From: Candidatus Bathyarchaeota archaeon
GTDB lineage: Archaea; Thermoproteota; CALKCG01; B24; DRYS01
DNA length: 64,000 nucleotides
Direction of reading: 5' to 3'
Assembly: GCA_018396535.1 (NCBI GenBank)
Contig: JAGTQC010000001.1
Location: 1-64,000, forward strand
The position numbers were made by a program, and so were the translations under genes. Numbering within the stretch: the stretch's first letter is position 1; each line of letters opens with the position of its first letter. Under the pieces are notes generated by a model. That model was not told the DNA's origin and made no database searches. It saw only the letters and a program-made list of their open reading frames with translations. This document shows positions 41,728-52,963 of the stretch, one piece after another.

Positions 41728-42789
41728 ATGAGGCTTAGAGATAGGGATTACATAGTCGGTGTGGAAGGTATACTATTCAGGGTTCTAGGATATCTCCATC
41801 CACCAGATGGTTATGTATGCGAACCCGAATACGCACCCAAAACGATATTCAAATCATCAAATCCTAGAGCACCGAGAGGCTATCCAGAAGTAGCGTACTT
41901 CAAATTCTATGGTGATGAAGGTTTAAAATTCGTAGAAAAGAATTATCCATCATACCGTATATACGTTAAGCCTCTCAGAACATACCTAGTCGGTGTTCCT
42001 CTAGAATTAATATCAGCTATAAGGAAGCCTCAAGATGGACTAACCAGGATTATGGAAGCATCATCGAGAGATAAACTTCTTAACGATACCGTGGAGATAG
42101 TGGATATACTATGCGAAACTGCGAATCTCAGTGTATCGGATATAGGTGTCTTCGGATCGATACTACACGGATTCCATAACCCTAATCTATCAGATATAGA
42201 TCTAGTAATCTATGGATCCAGGTGCATAGTTAAGCTTAAGGAATGTTTATCTGAGCTATACAGTATGGAGGATAGCCGTCTAAGGAATGAATACGATTTC
42301 CCAGTTGAGAAGCCTAGATGGATATTCAGAAACTATAGTTTGAAGGAGTATATATTCCATGAGAGGAGGAAGATGATATACGGTAAATATTGGGATGGAG
42401 ATAGATGGGTTAAAGTAGAGTTTGAACCAGTTAAAAGCTACGATGAATACCGGGATGAGTATACGGAGATAGTATCGATAGATAAGGTTGGATGGGTTAA
42501 ACTTGAATCGGTAATAGTGGACGATAGTAGTGTATACTTTACACCAGCTGTATACGGAGTCGAGGTTACGAAGCTCGTATCCGGTCCTAGAGAGGCTTTA
42601 GATACCTCTAAGATAGTATCCTATATAGACGAGTTTAGGCTTCAAGCTTGGAGGGATGAGGAGGTTTACGTAGAAGGGATGTTGGAGAGGGTTATTAGAA
42701 GGGATAGGGTTGAATACCAAGTTTCTCTAACATACTGCGATAGGTATGTAGATCAGGTTTTAAAGCTTAGGAGGATCCCAGGATTATGA
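41728..42789 (+). CDS. predicted nucleotidyltransferase (COG1665-type), paralog 2
   Basis: GYLHPP, GVFGSIL..SDIDLVIYG, V.GMLE. Confidence 0.78.
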   Translation: MRLRDRDYIVGVEGILFRVLGYLHPPDGYVCEPEYAPKTIFKSSNPRAPRGYPEVAYFKFYGDEGLKFVEKNYPSYRIYVKPLRTYLVGVPLELISAIRKPQDGLTRIMEASSRDKLLNDTVEIVDILCETANLSVSDIGVFGSILHGFHNPNLSDIDLVIYGSRCIVKLKECLSELYSMEDSRLRNEYDFPVEKPRWIFRNYSLKEYIFHERRKMIYGKYWDGDRWVKVEFEPVKSYDEYRDEYTEIVSIDKVGWVKLESVIVDDSSVYFTPAVYGVEVTKLVSGPREALDTSKIVSYIDEFRLQAWRDEEVYVEGMLERVIRRDRVEYQVSLTYCDRYVDQVLKLRRIPGL

Positions 42790-42805
42790 AGTATACGTTT
42801 TTTAG

Positions 42806-43513
<708 letters not shown>

Positions 43514-43530
43514 ATACAGCGATAGCATAT

Positions 43531-44205
43531 TCAAACCACTATCAGAGTCCCCCTGACGTTTTTCCCTTCTAAAGCATACACGATATTAGCAGGGTTTAAA
43601 CCGTTAACGATCAAGCATCTAATAGGTTTAAGCTTTAAGAGTCTAGGGAAGAATCTATCTAGACAAGTTTCCCCTAAACCCTCCAGCTCCGAAGCCTTCA
43701 CAACCGGTATAAGTTTAGCTTCAGGATTACTCTTAGGATCGGCTGTATACAATCCATCCACGTCCTTTACTAGTATAAGCTCATCTACAAGCCATTCCTG
43801 AGCTATCTTTAAAGCTATAGAATCAGATGTAACATCCCATCCTTCAGGTAGGCTACGTACCTCCTCTAGCCTAGATACCTCTAATATAGGCGTATAGCTA
43901 TCCATCCAAAGCTTATACGCTTCCTCCATATTCGAAGCTACCCTACCGTTAGGTATTAGGTATGCTAGGAGTAGGCCATATATATCCATAGATCTTACAG
44001 CCATCAAATGCGATACACTGCTAGGTAGACTGAATAACCTATCCACATACCTAACGGAATCTGCGAATAATCCCCCACCCGGAACTATCGTGAACGATCT
44101 AGATCTGATATTAGATAAGGTTATGCATAGCTCGATAAGCTTACCAGGATAGCTTAGGAGGCTACCACCTAGTTTAACGATGCAGTCTATAGAGCTGGAT
44201 TCCAA
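43531..44205 (-). CDS. amino-acid-kinase family protein, MfnE-like
   Basis: KLGGSL, PGGG.FAD.VR, WDVTSDSIA, KDVDG. Confidence 0.8.
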   Translation of the reverse strand: MESSSIDCIVKLGGSLLSYPGKLIELCITLSNIRSRSFTIVPGGGLFADSVRYVDRLFSLPSSVSHLMAVRSMDIYGLLLAYLIPNGRVASNMEEAYKLWMDSYTPILEVSRLEEVRSLPEGWDVTSDSIALKIAQEWLVDELILVKDVDGLYTADPKSNPEAKLIPVVKASELEGLGETCLDRFFPRLLKLKPIRCLIVNGLNPANIVYALEGKNVRGTLIVV

Positions 44206-45272
44206 TAAACCCTCCTCCCCTCCACTATAGAAGCAGCTAGGAAAGCTAAACCTACAGCAGGTGTCATTAAAGCTACATCACGCCTCGTAATCCTACTAAG
44301 CCTAAATACAGGTGTCAACCCTGCTCTACGAGCAGCTTCAGCAGCTAGGAAATCCTCACCTAAACCTGTAGCTACACATGCAATGCTATCTATACCGTAG
44401 AGCTCCCTCATCCTCTCAGCCTTCCTCCTTAAACTCGAAGCGATAGATTCAACCTGTCTACTATATAGGAACCTAGCTATGGATATTATATCATCCATAG
44501 ATAGCAGCCTCCTATCAGCGCATACAATCCTAGCTATACGATTAGCAGCCTCCTCTTTAGAAACACCTCTACCATCAGGTGTATCGCATATATAATCTCC
44601 AGCCTCTATAAATCCTAGAAGTATATATAGATCCCCAGTCTGCGCGAAGTACTCACTACTCACACCAACCCATCCATCCTTGAAGCGTATCTTCGAAGCT
44701 ATCGAAGCTAGATTAGTCCTTAAAGCACCAGTATACACAAGCTCGTATAACCTAAGCTTATCCAGATCCGTGAATCCCTCAGCTTTAACATCCCCCATCA
44801 CTATAGGTATGATACTCGTCGTAGTACTACCTACATCGACTAGTATACATGTATCGAAGAACTGAGATACAAACCATCCGGATGCATACCAGTTTGAAGC
44901 AGCTACATCATATGGATGTTTCAAAGCATAATCTAAACCGACAAGCCTACCTCTACAATCTAGAACTCTGATATCCGATCTACCAAAAACCTCAGATACC
45001 ATACGGGATATGGTTTCAACACCCTCATCCTTAGATTCGAATACATCTGCTAACTCACCCGTCATAGTTAAAGCCACTACATCTGGAGATCTACCTAGAC
45101 CACCTAGGACATAGTCTACGAGAGAGTTCAATACATATGGTAGCTCTGCTAGCCTCCTCCAAAGCGGTAGATAACGTATCCCAGTAGCTAAGCGTATAGC
45201 TACTCCGTTACGAACTTCAAGAACGGAGATCTTAGTATTAGCTCCTCCTACATCCAATCCTACAACTACGGT
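44187..45272 (-). CDS. hydantoinase-A/H4MPT-linked C1 pathway protein, MfnF-like
   Basis: GLDVGGANTK, TMTGELAD.F, AASNW, DVGSTTT, ELVYTG.LRT, TPDG. Confidence 0.85.
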   Translation of the reverse strand, partial: TVVVGLDVGGANTKISVLEVRNGVAIRLATGIRYLPLWRRLAELPYVLNSLVDYVLGGLGRSPDVVALTMTGELADVFESKDEGVETISRMVSEVFGRSDIRVLDCRGRLVGLDYALKHPYDVAASNWYASGWFVSQFFDTCILVDVGSTTTSIIPIVMGDVKAEGFTDLDKLRLYELVYTGALRTNLASIASKIRFKDGWVGVSSEYFAQTGDLYILLGFIEAGDYICDTPDGRGVSKEEAANRIARIVCADRRLLSMDDIISIARFLYSRQVESIASSLRRKAERMRELYGIDSIACVATGLGEDFLAAEAARRAGLTPVFRLSRITRRDVALMTPAVGLAFLAASIVEGRRVYWNPAL

Positions 45273-46413
45273 CATCCAACCTCCTCCTAGCATTTATGAG
45301 ATCTATCCAAGCATCTCTTAAACTATATCCAAAACCTGAGATCAAGCTATACCCATGTATATATGCTTCTACTCTATCATCTAGATACGGGTTTATATTT
45401 AGCGGAACACATCTAACCTTAAGGAATACGGAGAATCCTCTAAACCCATCGGTAACCCGAAGCCTATCGTGGAAGGCGGCTTCTGCTATAGCTTCTGCAG
45501 GATTAACACGACAGCATCTACTCAAACCTATATATGAGACTGTCAACCTAGGGTTAACCTCGATTACGTATACGCCGCCGTTAGATATGATCGTATCGAT
45601 ACCTATGTACCCCTTCAACCCGTGTAGAAGGGTATTTAGTTTATCGGTAAGCTTATCGATATCGATAGATGCCAGCGATAACGGTACATATCCTCCGAGA
45701 TACGATGGGCCCCCACTAGATAGATCTACGAACTGACGGTTAATCGATAGAAGCCTAGCATACCTACCATCAGATATAAACGATAAACTTGAGGGTAGAC
45801 CTTTAACATACTCCTGAGCGATATAGCCTCTATAGTTTGCGATCTTAACAAGCCTCTCAGCATCCATACGATTCGAAACTATGTATAGACCACCACATCC
45901 AGCATCCAATCTAGGTTTAATTATGAAGGGATAGCCTAGACTATCTAGATCATCTAGAGAAGCTGAGCTTAGATCGATCGATCTAGGAGTCTTTAAACCT
46001 ATCTCTGAAAGCATACGGTGGAGGCTTAGCTTATCGATAATCCTACCTAACCTATCGATATCCCCTATCGTTACGATCGAGTAGCCATACTCATCGATTA
46101 TCCTACGGATGATCGAGTATAGTAGGCCATTAGTCTCGGGTGCGATAACATAAACCTTATCGAAATCCATCCTGCCTATACAGTGGATTAGATCATCTAT
46201 ACACGGATCATCGAGCATGACTATACGAGCAGGGATGATGGATCTAGGGATATCCGCTATAAACCTCCTATCGATAGCGACGTAGAGATCTACCCAGCTA
46301 AGTTTACATAGATCTACGGCTAGTCTCCTAAGCATAGATAAACCTTCTACTAGGATCGAAGGTGTACCATCTATCAAACCTGCTGTGAGAGCTTCGAATA
46401 GGAGAATCCTCAA
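45238..46413 (-). CDS. ATP-grasp protein, MfnD (tyramine-glutamate ligase)-like
   Basis: EG..ML, IAPE..G.L, KP..G.GG, GYIGID, IEVNPRLTVSY.GL. Confidence 0.8.
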   Translation of the reverse strand: MRILLFEALTAGLIDGTPSILVEGLSMLRRLAVDLCKLSWVDLYVAIDRRFIADIPRSIIPARIVMLDDPCIDDLIHCIGRMDFDKVYVIAPETNGLLYSIIRRIIDEYGYSIVTIGDIDRLGRIIDKLSLHRMLSEIGLKTPRSIDLSSASLDDLDSLGYPFIIKPRLDAGCGGLYIVSNRMDAERLVKIANYRGYIAQEYVKGLPSSLSFISDGRYARLLSINRQFVDLSSGGPSYLGGYVPLSLASIDIDKLTDKLNTLLHGLKGYIGIDTIISNGGVYVIEVNPRLTVSYIGLSRCCRVNPAEAIAEAAFHDRLRVTDGFRGFSVFLKVRCVPLNINPYLDDRVEAYIHGYSLISGFGYSLRDAWIDLINARRRLDDRSCRIGCRRS

Positions 46414-46497
46414 CCCTAAACTATATACAACCGTTAACCTATAATGTTAAGTTAAACGTTTATACGGGTTTCATAGAAGCTACTCTAACCTTAGGGT

Positions 46498-47220
46498 TTG
46501 ATAGTAGTACCTGTAATCGATATTATGAATGGGTTAGCCGTTCACGCAGTTAGAGGGGAGCGTAGCAGGTATAAGCCTCTGGAAAGTATCCTATGTAGAT
46601 CTACAGATCCGATAGAGGTTGCATCCACCTTCTCTAAGATAGGGTTCAGCCTAGTATACGTAGCAGATCTAGATGCTATACTCTATAGGATGAGATCTCT
46701 AGATCTATACGAGAAGATGAAGTCTACGGTTAAACATATGATGCTGGATAGCGGTGTTAGATCGTATAACGAGTGTATAGATCTACTAAGCCTAGATATA
46801 GATTATATAGTCGTAGGATCTGAGACATTCGAATCTATAAGCGAGTTACTTAGCCTTCTAGAATCCTATAGCGATAGGCTGATCGTAAGCGTAGACTTGA
46901 TGAATGGACAGATACTATCACCTATACAGTCTATAAGAAGGTTAAGTGTAGAGGAGTATATAGCTATGCTGATTAAATACGGGCTCAGCTCAGCTATAGT
47001 ATTAGAGCTCTCTAAGGTTGGATCAGGCTTAGGTATCGATATAGATACTGTACGTAGACTAGTACCTCTAGTAGATAGGCTGTATGTAGGTGGAGGATTA
47101 AGGTCTATAGAGGAGATAGATAGGTTAAGGGATATAGGTATCTACGGTGTACTCGTAGCTACAGCTCTACATAAGGGATGGATAAATGTGGATGATTTAA
47201 AGTATAGAGGATACATCTAG
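46498..47220 (+). CDS. HisA/HisF-related TIM-barrel protein (C1-cofactor-associated)
   Basis: PVIDI..G.AVHA..GER..YKP, YVADLDAI, GGG.R, ATALH. Confidence 0.83.
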   Translation: MIVVPVIDIMNGLAVHAVRGERSRYKPLESILCRSTDPIEVASTFSKIGFSLVYVADLDAILYRMRSLDLYEKMKSTVKHMMLDSGVRSYNECIDLLSLDIDYIVVGSETFESISELLSLLESYSDRLIVSVDLMNGQILSPIQSIRRLSVEEYIAMLIKYGLSSAIVLELSKVGSGLGIDIDTVRRLVPLVDRLYVGGGLRSIEEIDRLRDIGIYGVLVATALHKGWINVDDLKYRGYI

Positions 47221-47450
47221 GCTTCGACAAGTGTCTCCGTACTCCTCACACCATCTATACGGTTTATCTCAGCTGAAATCCTAGCTACATCCTCGTTACT
47301 TTCAGCCTCTACGAAGCATACGATATCGAACCTACCGTATACAGGATAGCATTTAGCTACACCACTCATCCCTCTTAGAGTCTCAAGCACCTTCGTCAGT
47401 CTTATAGGTATAACCTTCATTAGTATACAAGCTCTAACCATGGGATTCAC
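47217..47450 (-). CDS. stand-alone Lrp/AsnC ligand-binding (RAM) domain
   Basis: VYGRFDIV, GVRSTETLV. Confidence 0.85.
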   Translation of the reverse strand: MNPMVRACILMKVIPIRLTKVLETLRGMSGVAKCYPVYGRFDIVCFVEAESNEDVARISAEINRIDGVRSTETLVEA

Positions 47451-47694
47451 ACCCCTTCATCTCAACTAGCGTCTCGGTATATACGACTGAGCCAAGCCGA
47501 CCTATCCTCCTCACAATACGTGTAAGCTCTTCTATATCTGAAGCCTCTACATCTACTACAACATCCCACCGTCCAAGTACCGGGAATACGCTTTTAACCC
47601 CAGGTATCTTGCTTAGAGATTCCACTACATCCATATATCTACCCGCTGCACTTCTTATGAGGATACATGCAGATATCAATCTCCACAACACCAT
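47434..47694 (-). CDS. stand-alone Lrp/AsnC ligand-binding (RAM) domain, tandem paralog
   Basis: VLGRWDVVV, VVYTETLV; start probably downstream of the listed ORF start. Confidence 0.8.
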   Translation of the reverse strand: MVLWRLISACILIRSAAGRYMDVVESLSKIPGVKSVFPVLGRWDVVVDVEASDIEELTRIVRRIGRLGSVVYTETLVEMKGCESHG

Positions 47695-47825
47695 TACACC
47701 TCTATACAATATAATCTGTACATAAATATTCTGCTCCAGCTGAAGGATCGATATCATATTATCGTAGGGAAACGTTTAATACAGGTATCTGAAGGTTAAT
47801 GAATCTCTAAAGGAAGCCATAGGCT

Positions 47826-48944
47826 ATGAATACTATAGGTCTAGTATACGATAAGCTAACTTCAGATGAAGAAGAGATAATCCTAGAAGCTGAGAGGAGG
47901 GGCTTCCAGTTAAGGTACCTATTCGTCAAAACCCCTGTAGAATCGTATCTACCAGAATCTAAGCTTGTAGATCTACCAGTAGTATTCAACAGATGCGAGA
48001 GTAAGAGTAGAGCGCTAGAAGCGGGTAGGATAATAGAGGGGAGGGGTATACCTGTAGTAAATCCGTTCAAAGTAGAGTATCTATGTGCGGATAAGGTAGA
48101 GACTATAAAGCTATGGTTTAAAAACGGTGTGGATACACCTAGATGGGTGTATATACCCTTCACGAGTAGTGATGGCTTCCAAGAAGATGAGATAGAAGGT
48201 ATAGCAGATGAGATTGAAAAACTAGGTTACCCACTAGTAGTTAAACCTACCATGGGTAGCTGGGGTAGAGGTGTAGTTAAGGTAGAATGTAGAGATGAGC
48301 TTATAGGTATCCTAAGAGAAGCTCGACCTTCATCTGTAAATCCTACCGGATTCTTCGCTCAAGAATATATAGAGAAGCCTGGGTTCGATCTACGTATACT
48401 AGTCGGTCTCAGACCTGATAGCTGTATAAAGGTTCTATGCGGTATAGCACGTATATCACCCTCACCTGAAGAATTTAGGACTAATACTCATCTAGGTGGT
48501 ATACCCCTAGGGCTTAAGCTCAACGAGAATGATAGGCTTGTAAACGAGGCAGAGAGAGCTGGTGATATAATCTTAAACGGATGTAGGTGGGGTATAGTAG
48601 CGTTGGATGCTATGCCGGATGCTAAAGGTATAGACTATAGTATAGTATACGAGTATGTAACAGAGTGTAGTATACTATTCCAGCAGGTTAGGAGAATCGT
48701 GGAGGAGAATAGGCAGCGTAGGTATAGGGTATGGAAGAATATTCTTGAAGAAGCCTTCTCTAGATACAAATCCTCAGAAATCTATATGAGGATGGAGGGT
48801 ATCCTACACGAGATACTCGAATCATGCAAGATTAAATGGCATGAAGCTAATTCTAGATTCGATTACGCGGTTAATACACGTAATGCTTCAGGCTTCAACC
48901 CGGCTACATTCTATATAGATATCGCTGAAGATCTAGCTAGATAG
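47826..48944 (+). CDS. RimK/LysX-like ATP-grasp ligase with large internal insertion
   Basis: VVN, DK, KP.MGSWGRG, QEYIEKP..DLR, FRTNTHLGG, EAN. Confidence 0.82.
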   Translation: MNTIGLVYDKLTSDEEEIILEAERRGFQLRYLFVKTPVESYLPESKLVDLPVVFNRCESKSRALEAGRIIEGRGIPVVNPFKVEYLCADKVETIKLWFKNGVDTPRWVYIPFTSSDGFQEDEIEGIADEIEKLGYPLVVKPTMGSWGRGVVKVECRDELIGILREARPSSVNPTGFFAQEYIEKPGFDLRILVGLRPDSCIKVLCGIARISPSPEEFRTNTHLGGIPLGLKLNENDRLVNEAERAGDIILNGCRWGIVALDAMPDAKGIDYSIVYEYVTECSILFQQVRRIVEENRQRRYRVWKNILEEAFSRYKSSEIYMRMEGILHEILESCKIKWHEANSRFDYAVNTRNASGFNPATFYIDIAEDLAR

Positions 48945-50294
48945 ATTCTCTAGGAATTTCAACGTAGAGAAGGCTATACGTTCAGTTATCTCCACTGCTT
49001 TACCTAGATAGTTCTCAGGCTTGAATAACTCATCCAACTCCCTATCCGATAGATACCTGGATACTTCTGTATTCCTTAAAACCTCCTTTAGATGGGTTCC
49101 CTTCCTCATAGCTTCGATACAGCTAACCCTCAATAACTCATGAGCCTTTTGTCTATCGTAGCCCTTCCTAGCTAGAGCTATCATAACAGCTTCAGAGAAT
49201 ATAAGCCCCATCGTAGCATCTATATTCCTCCTCATATTCTCAGGATAGACTTTAAGAGTTGATAAGACTCGATGCATAGTCTTAAGCTGCTCATCGAGTA
49301 GTAGGAATACCTCAGGTATCATAACTCTCTCGCATGAGCTATTCGTCAAATCCCTCTCATGCTCCTGAACAACATTCTCGAGAGCTGCTACAGCGAAGCC
49401 TCTCAAAATCTTAGCTAAACCACATACCTTCTCAGATCCTATAGGATTCCTCTTATGCGGCATAGTACTAGAACCGACTTGAGTAGCTTCCTCGAAAGCC
49501 TCCTCAACCTCCTTTATCTCACTTCTATGCAAGTTTCTTATCTCGTTAGCCATCTTATCTAGAGTCGACGATACAAGCGATAAAAACAGTATAAGCTCAG
49601 CTAGTAGGTCTCTAGGAACTATCTGCGTCGTTATCTCAGCAGGTTTTAAACCCAGTATCTTCATAGCGTAATCCTGTATCTCGAAGGCTCTATCCCCGAA
49701 GCCTGCCATAGTTCCTACAGCACCGGTAAGCTTACCTACACAAACCCTATTCTTAACCTCGTTCAATCTCTCGATATGTCTCTTAAGCTCTGAAGCCCAT
49801 ACTGCAAGCTTAAAACCGAAAGTTATAGGTACCGCAGCTACACCATGAGTCCTACCTAGACATACTGTATCCCTATACCTGAGAGCCATCTCAGCGACTA
49901 GTTTAGCTAGCTTAACTAAATCCTTCTCGACTATACCTAATGCTTCCCTTATCTGTAGTGCTAAGACAGTATCTGTTATATCGTTAGACGTAGCTCCTAG
50001 ATGCACGTATCCACCATACGGCTCCCCAACAGCTTCAGCTAAAGCCTTAACAACTGCTACGACTTCATGCTTAGTTAAAGCTTCAAGCTCATTCACCCTC
50101 TCAAGCTTCACGAACTTGGTGGAGGCTTTACCTACTATAGCTTCAGCAGCTTCTCTAGGAATATTACCTACAGCTGCATGTGCCTCTGCTAACGCTGCTT
50201 CTACTCTAAGCATATACTCGAGCCATGTCTCCCTATCGAATATTCTACGCATATCGCTACTACCATACCGATACTCTATAGGGTGGATCGGCAT
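48933..50294 (-). CDS. purB: adenylosuccinate lyase
   Basis: HLGATSND, GRTHG, GSSTMPHKRNP, HERDL. Confidence 0.96.
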   Translation of the reverse strand: MPIHPIEYRYGSSDMRRIFDRETWLEYMLRVEAALAEAHAAVGNIPREAAEAIVGKASTKFVKLERVNELEALTKHEVVAVVKALAEAVGEPYGGYVHLGATSNDITDTVLALQIREALGIVEKDLVKLAKLVAEMALRYRDTVCLGRTHGVAAVPITFGFKLAVWASELKRHIERLNEVKNRVCVGKLTGAVGTMAGFGDRAFEIQDYAMKILGLKPAEITTQIVPRDLLAELILFLSLVSSTLDKMANEIRNLHRSEIKEVEEAFEEATQVGSSTMPHKRNPIGSEKVCGLAKILRGFAVAALENVVQEHERDLTNSSCERVMIPEVFLLLDEQLKTMHRVLSTLKVYPENMRRNIDATMGLIFSEAVMIALARKGYDRQKAHELLRVSCIEAMRKGTHLKEVLRNTEVSRYLSDRELDELFKPENYLGKAVEITERIAFSTLKFLENLSS

Positions 50295-50365
50295 AAAACA
50301 TCAACCCACCATCATTATATTGATGGAAATAGCTAATAAACCTAAATACAACCTTTGTTAATAGT

Positions 50366-51427
50366 ATGACGACAGCTATATTCTACGATCCCGTATTCCT
50401 AGAGCATGATACAGGGTATGGGCATCCAGAATCACCGGATAGACTTAAATCTATAATCAGAGGTCTCCGAGAGAATAGTATACTCGAAGATTCAAGATTT
50501 AAAATACTGAAACCTAGTAGAGCATCCATAGAGGAGATAAGCCTCATACATGATCCGAACTATGTACGGTATGTAGAGGATTTCTGTAGGAAAGGTGGAG
50601 GTATAATCGGGACATGGGGTGGTGGAGTTGTATGTAGTGGGAAAAGCTTCGAAGCTGCATGCTACGCTGTAGGTGCAGCTATAGACGCTGTTAAACTATC
50701 TATGGACAACATATACCCCAGATCCTTCTGTCTCGTAAGACCGCCGGGCCATCATGCAGAATACGATTACCCATACGGCTTCTGCATATTCAACAATATA
50801 GCGATAGCAGCAGCATACCTTATCAGGTTTAGGGGGGTTGATAGGATTATGGTATTAGATCTAGATGCACATCATGGAAATGGTACCCAGCACGCATTCT
50901 ACGATTCACCTAAAGTATTCTATATAAGTATACATCAGGATGCCATATTCCCAGGTACAGGATCTATCAACGAGGTGGGTGTAGGCGATGGCGAGGGATA
51001 TACTTTGAATATACCGCTACCAGCTTACTCTGATAAAGAGGTGTATATAGAGGCTATACGAAGGATAGTTAAGCCTATCGCCATGGAGTATAAACCTGAG
51101 ATTCTACTAGTTTCAGCAGGATTCGATCCATATCATGATGATCCTATAACAGATCTAGGATTAACCCTAGAAGGGTTCAGGGAGGTGTATAGGGAGGTTA
51201 TAGATATATCTCGTATATGCTCTGGGAGGATTGTATTCTGTCTTGAAGGAGGCTATAACCTTGAATGTCTAAGGATAGCCGTTGCATCTGTTATAGCTTT
51301 AATGGAGGGTATAGAGTTTGATCTACCTAGAGAGGAGGTCTATCCACCACCATACCTTAAGAGTAGAGCTTTATCGATTATAGAAGCTGTGAGAGGGATA
51401 GCATCATCATACTGGAGGATAGATTAG
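50366..51427 (+). CDS. histone-deacetylase-family protein
   Basis: HPE.P.R, RPPGHHA, DAHHGNGTQ, SAGFD, LEGGY. Confidence 0.94.
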   Translation: MTTAIFYDPVFLEHDTGYGHPESPDRLKSIIRGLRENSILEDSRFKILKPSRASIEEISLIHDPNYVRYVEDFCRKGGGIIGTWGGGVVCSGKSFEAACYAVGAAIDAVKLSMDNIYPRSFCLVRPPGHHAEYDYPYGFCIFNNIAIAAAYLIRFRGVDRIMVLDLDAHHGNGTQHAFYDSPKVFYISIHQDAIFPGTGSINEVGVGDGEGYTLNIPLPAYSDKEVYIEAIRRIVKPIAMEYKPEILLVSAGFDPYHDDPITDLGLTLEGFREVYREVIDISRICSGRIVFCLEGGYNLECLRIAVASVIALMEGIEFDLPREEVYPPPYLKSRALSIIEAVRGIASSYWRID

Positions 51428-51501
51428 TGTAGATACTATGCTATTATAGCTGAGGGTAAACGTTTATATGAACGATATACTCTCTCAGGATAGAGTACCG
51501 C

Positions 51502-52146
51502 ATGTACTATAGAGTTAATAGCGTTAGGAAGATTATAGATGAGGATATAAAGAAGGCTTCGATAGAGGAATTTCTAAAGGATTATCTAAAGGATGCTGGG
51601 TTTGGAGGAGTAAGTATACTAACAACACCACTAGGTACACGGGTAACGCTATACGTTATGAGGCCTGGCATGGTGATAGGTAGAGGAGGCCAGAATATAA
51701 TGATGTTATCTAAGATGCTTGAAGAAAAGTTTGGTTTAGAGAATGTACAGATAGCCGTCGCTGATGTACCTAAACCAGAACTAGATCCATACATAATGGC
51801 TTGTCAGATAGCCGCCGCTATGGAGAGGGGGATAAAATTCCGTAGAGCAGCATACTGGGCTTTAAACCGTATAATGAGCGCGGGTGCTCTAGGCGTTGAG
51901 ATAAAGATTTCTGGTAAACTTACATCTGAGAGAGCTAGGACGGAGGCATTCCGTGCTGGATACCTACCTAAATCAGGAGATCCCGCTATGAAGAATGTTA
52001 AAACTGCTTCGGTATCCGTCTTATTGAAGCCTGGTATCTATGGTATAAAGGTATCGATCATACCTCCAGAAGCTGAGTTTCCAGATAAGATAGAGCTTAA
52101 ACTCAAAGAGGAGAGTATTAAAGAAGAGAAGGTTGAGGAGGGTTGA
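51502..52146 (+). CDS. rps3: ribosomal protein uS3
   Basis: PGMVIGRGG KH motif, ISGKL. Confidence 0.96.
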   Translation: MYYRVNSVRKIIDEDIKKASIEEFLKDYLKDAGFGGVSILTTPLGTRVTLYVMRPGMVIGRGGQNIMMLSKMLEEKFGLENVQIAVADVPKPELDPYIMACQIAAAMERGIKFRRAAYWALNRIMSAGALGVEIKISGKLTSERARTEAFRAGYLPKSGDPAMKNVKTASVSVLLKPGIYGIKVSIIPPEAEFPDKIELKLKEESIKEEKVEEG

Positions 52147-52153
52147 ATTAGCT

Positions 52154-52369
52154 TTGGCTATTCTGAGAATCAAGGATATCAGATCCATGAGTAGTACTGA
52201 GAGGAAGCAGAAATTACTAGAACTTCGTAACGAGTTAGCTAAGATGATGGCTATGGTTAAATCAGGTGGAGCTGTAGAGAACCCCGGCCGTATAAGGGAG
52301 CTTAGGAGAGCTATAGCTCGCATACTCACCGTAGAGAGGGAGGAGCAGATGAGGGTGAGGGGGAGATGA
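52154..52369 (+). CDS. rpl29: ribosomal protein uL29 (likely TTG start 52154)
   Basis: ENPGRIRELRRAIARILT. Confidence 0.94.
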   Translation: MAILRIKDIRSMSSTERKQKLLELRNELAKMMAMVKSGGAVENPGRIRELRRAIARILTVEREEQMRVRGR

Positions 52370-52638
52370 ACCCTATAACCCCGTACAATATAGTTAGACA
52401 TGAGCTTATAGGATTGGAGGTTAAGGTTTCATCATCATCCAACCCCTATCTTAAAGGTATATCTGGTATAGTTGTAGATGAAACTAAGAATATGCTTTTC
52501 ATAGAGGGGTCGGATGGTAGGGTGCGTAAGGTGCCTAAATCATGTTGTAAATTCAAGTTTAAACTACCCTCAGGTGTTATAGTAGAGGTGGATGGATGGG
52601 TGATAGTAGGTAGACCTGAAGATAGGCTTACGAGGTAG
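52366..52638 (+). CDS. rnp1: RNase P protein subunit Rpp29
   Basis: HELIGL, G.VVDETKN, GRPEDRL. Confidence 0.94.
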   Translation: MNPITPYNIVRHELIGLEVKVSSSSNPYLKGISGIVVDETKNMLFIEGSDGRVRKVPKSCCKFKFKLPSGVIVEVDGWVIVGRPEDRLTR

Positions 52639-52645
52639 ATGTGGC

Positions 52646-52963
52646 GTGGGTACAGCTCAACAGATTGTATGCGATGATAGAGACTGCCCCTTCCACGGTT
52701 CGCTTAGAGTTAGAGGTAGAGTCCTAGAGGGGGTTGTTATAAAAGCTAGAGCTAACAAGATGGTTGTAGTAGAGGTAGAGTACCTACATTACGTTCCTAA
52801 GTATATGCGTTATGAGAGGCGTAGAAGTAGGATACATTCTCATAACCCTCCATGTATAAACGCTAAGGTTGGTGATAGAGTTAAAATAGCTGAGTGTAGA
52901 CCTATAAGCAAGACTGTATCTTTTGTAGTTATAGAGAAGAAGGAGGAGGGCTCTAATGTCTAG
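52646..52963 (+). CDS. rps17: ribosomal protein uS17
   Basis: [13 protein letters not shown]. Confidence 0.96.
   Translation: MGTAQQIVCDDRDCPFHGSLRVRGRVLEGVVIKARANKMVVVEVEYLHYVPKYMRYERRRSRIHSHNPPCINAKVGDRVKIAECRPISKTVSFVVIEKKEEGSNV

Noticed and set aside
48620-48830. Intein in the RimK-like gene
   Set aside because: Too short and lacks splice-junction residues
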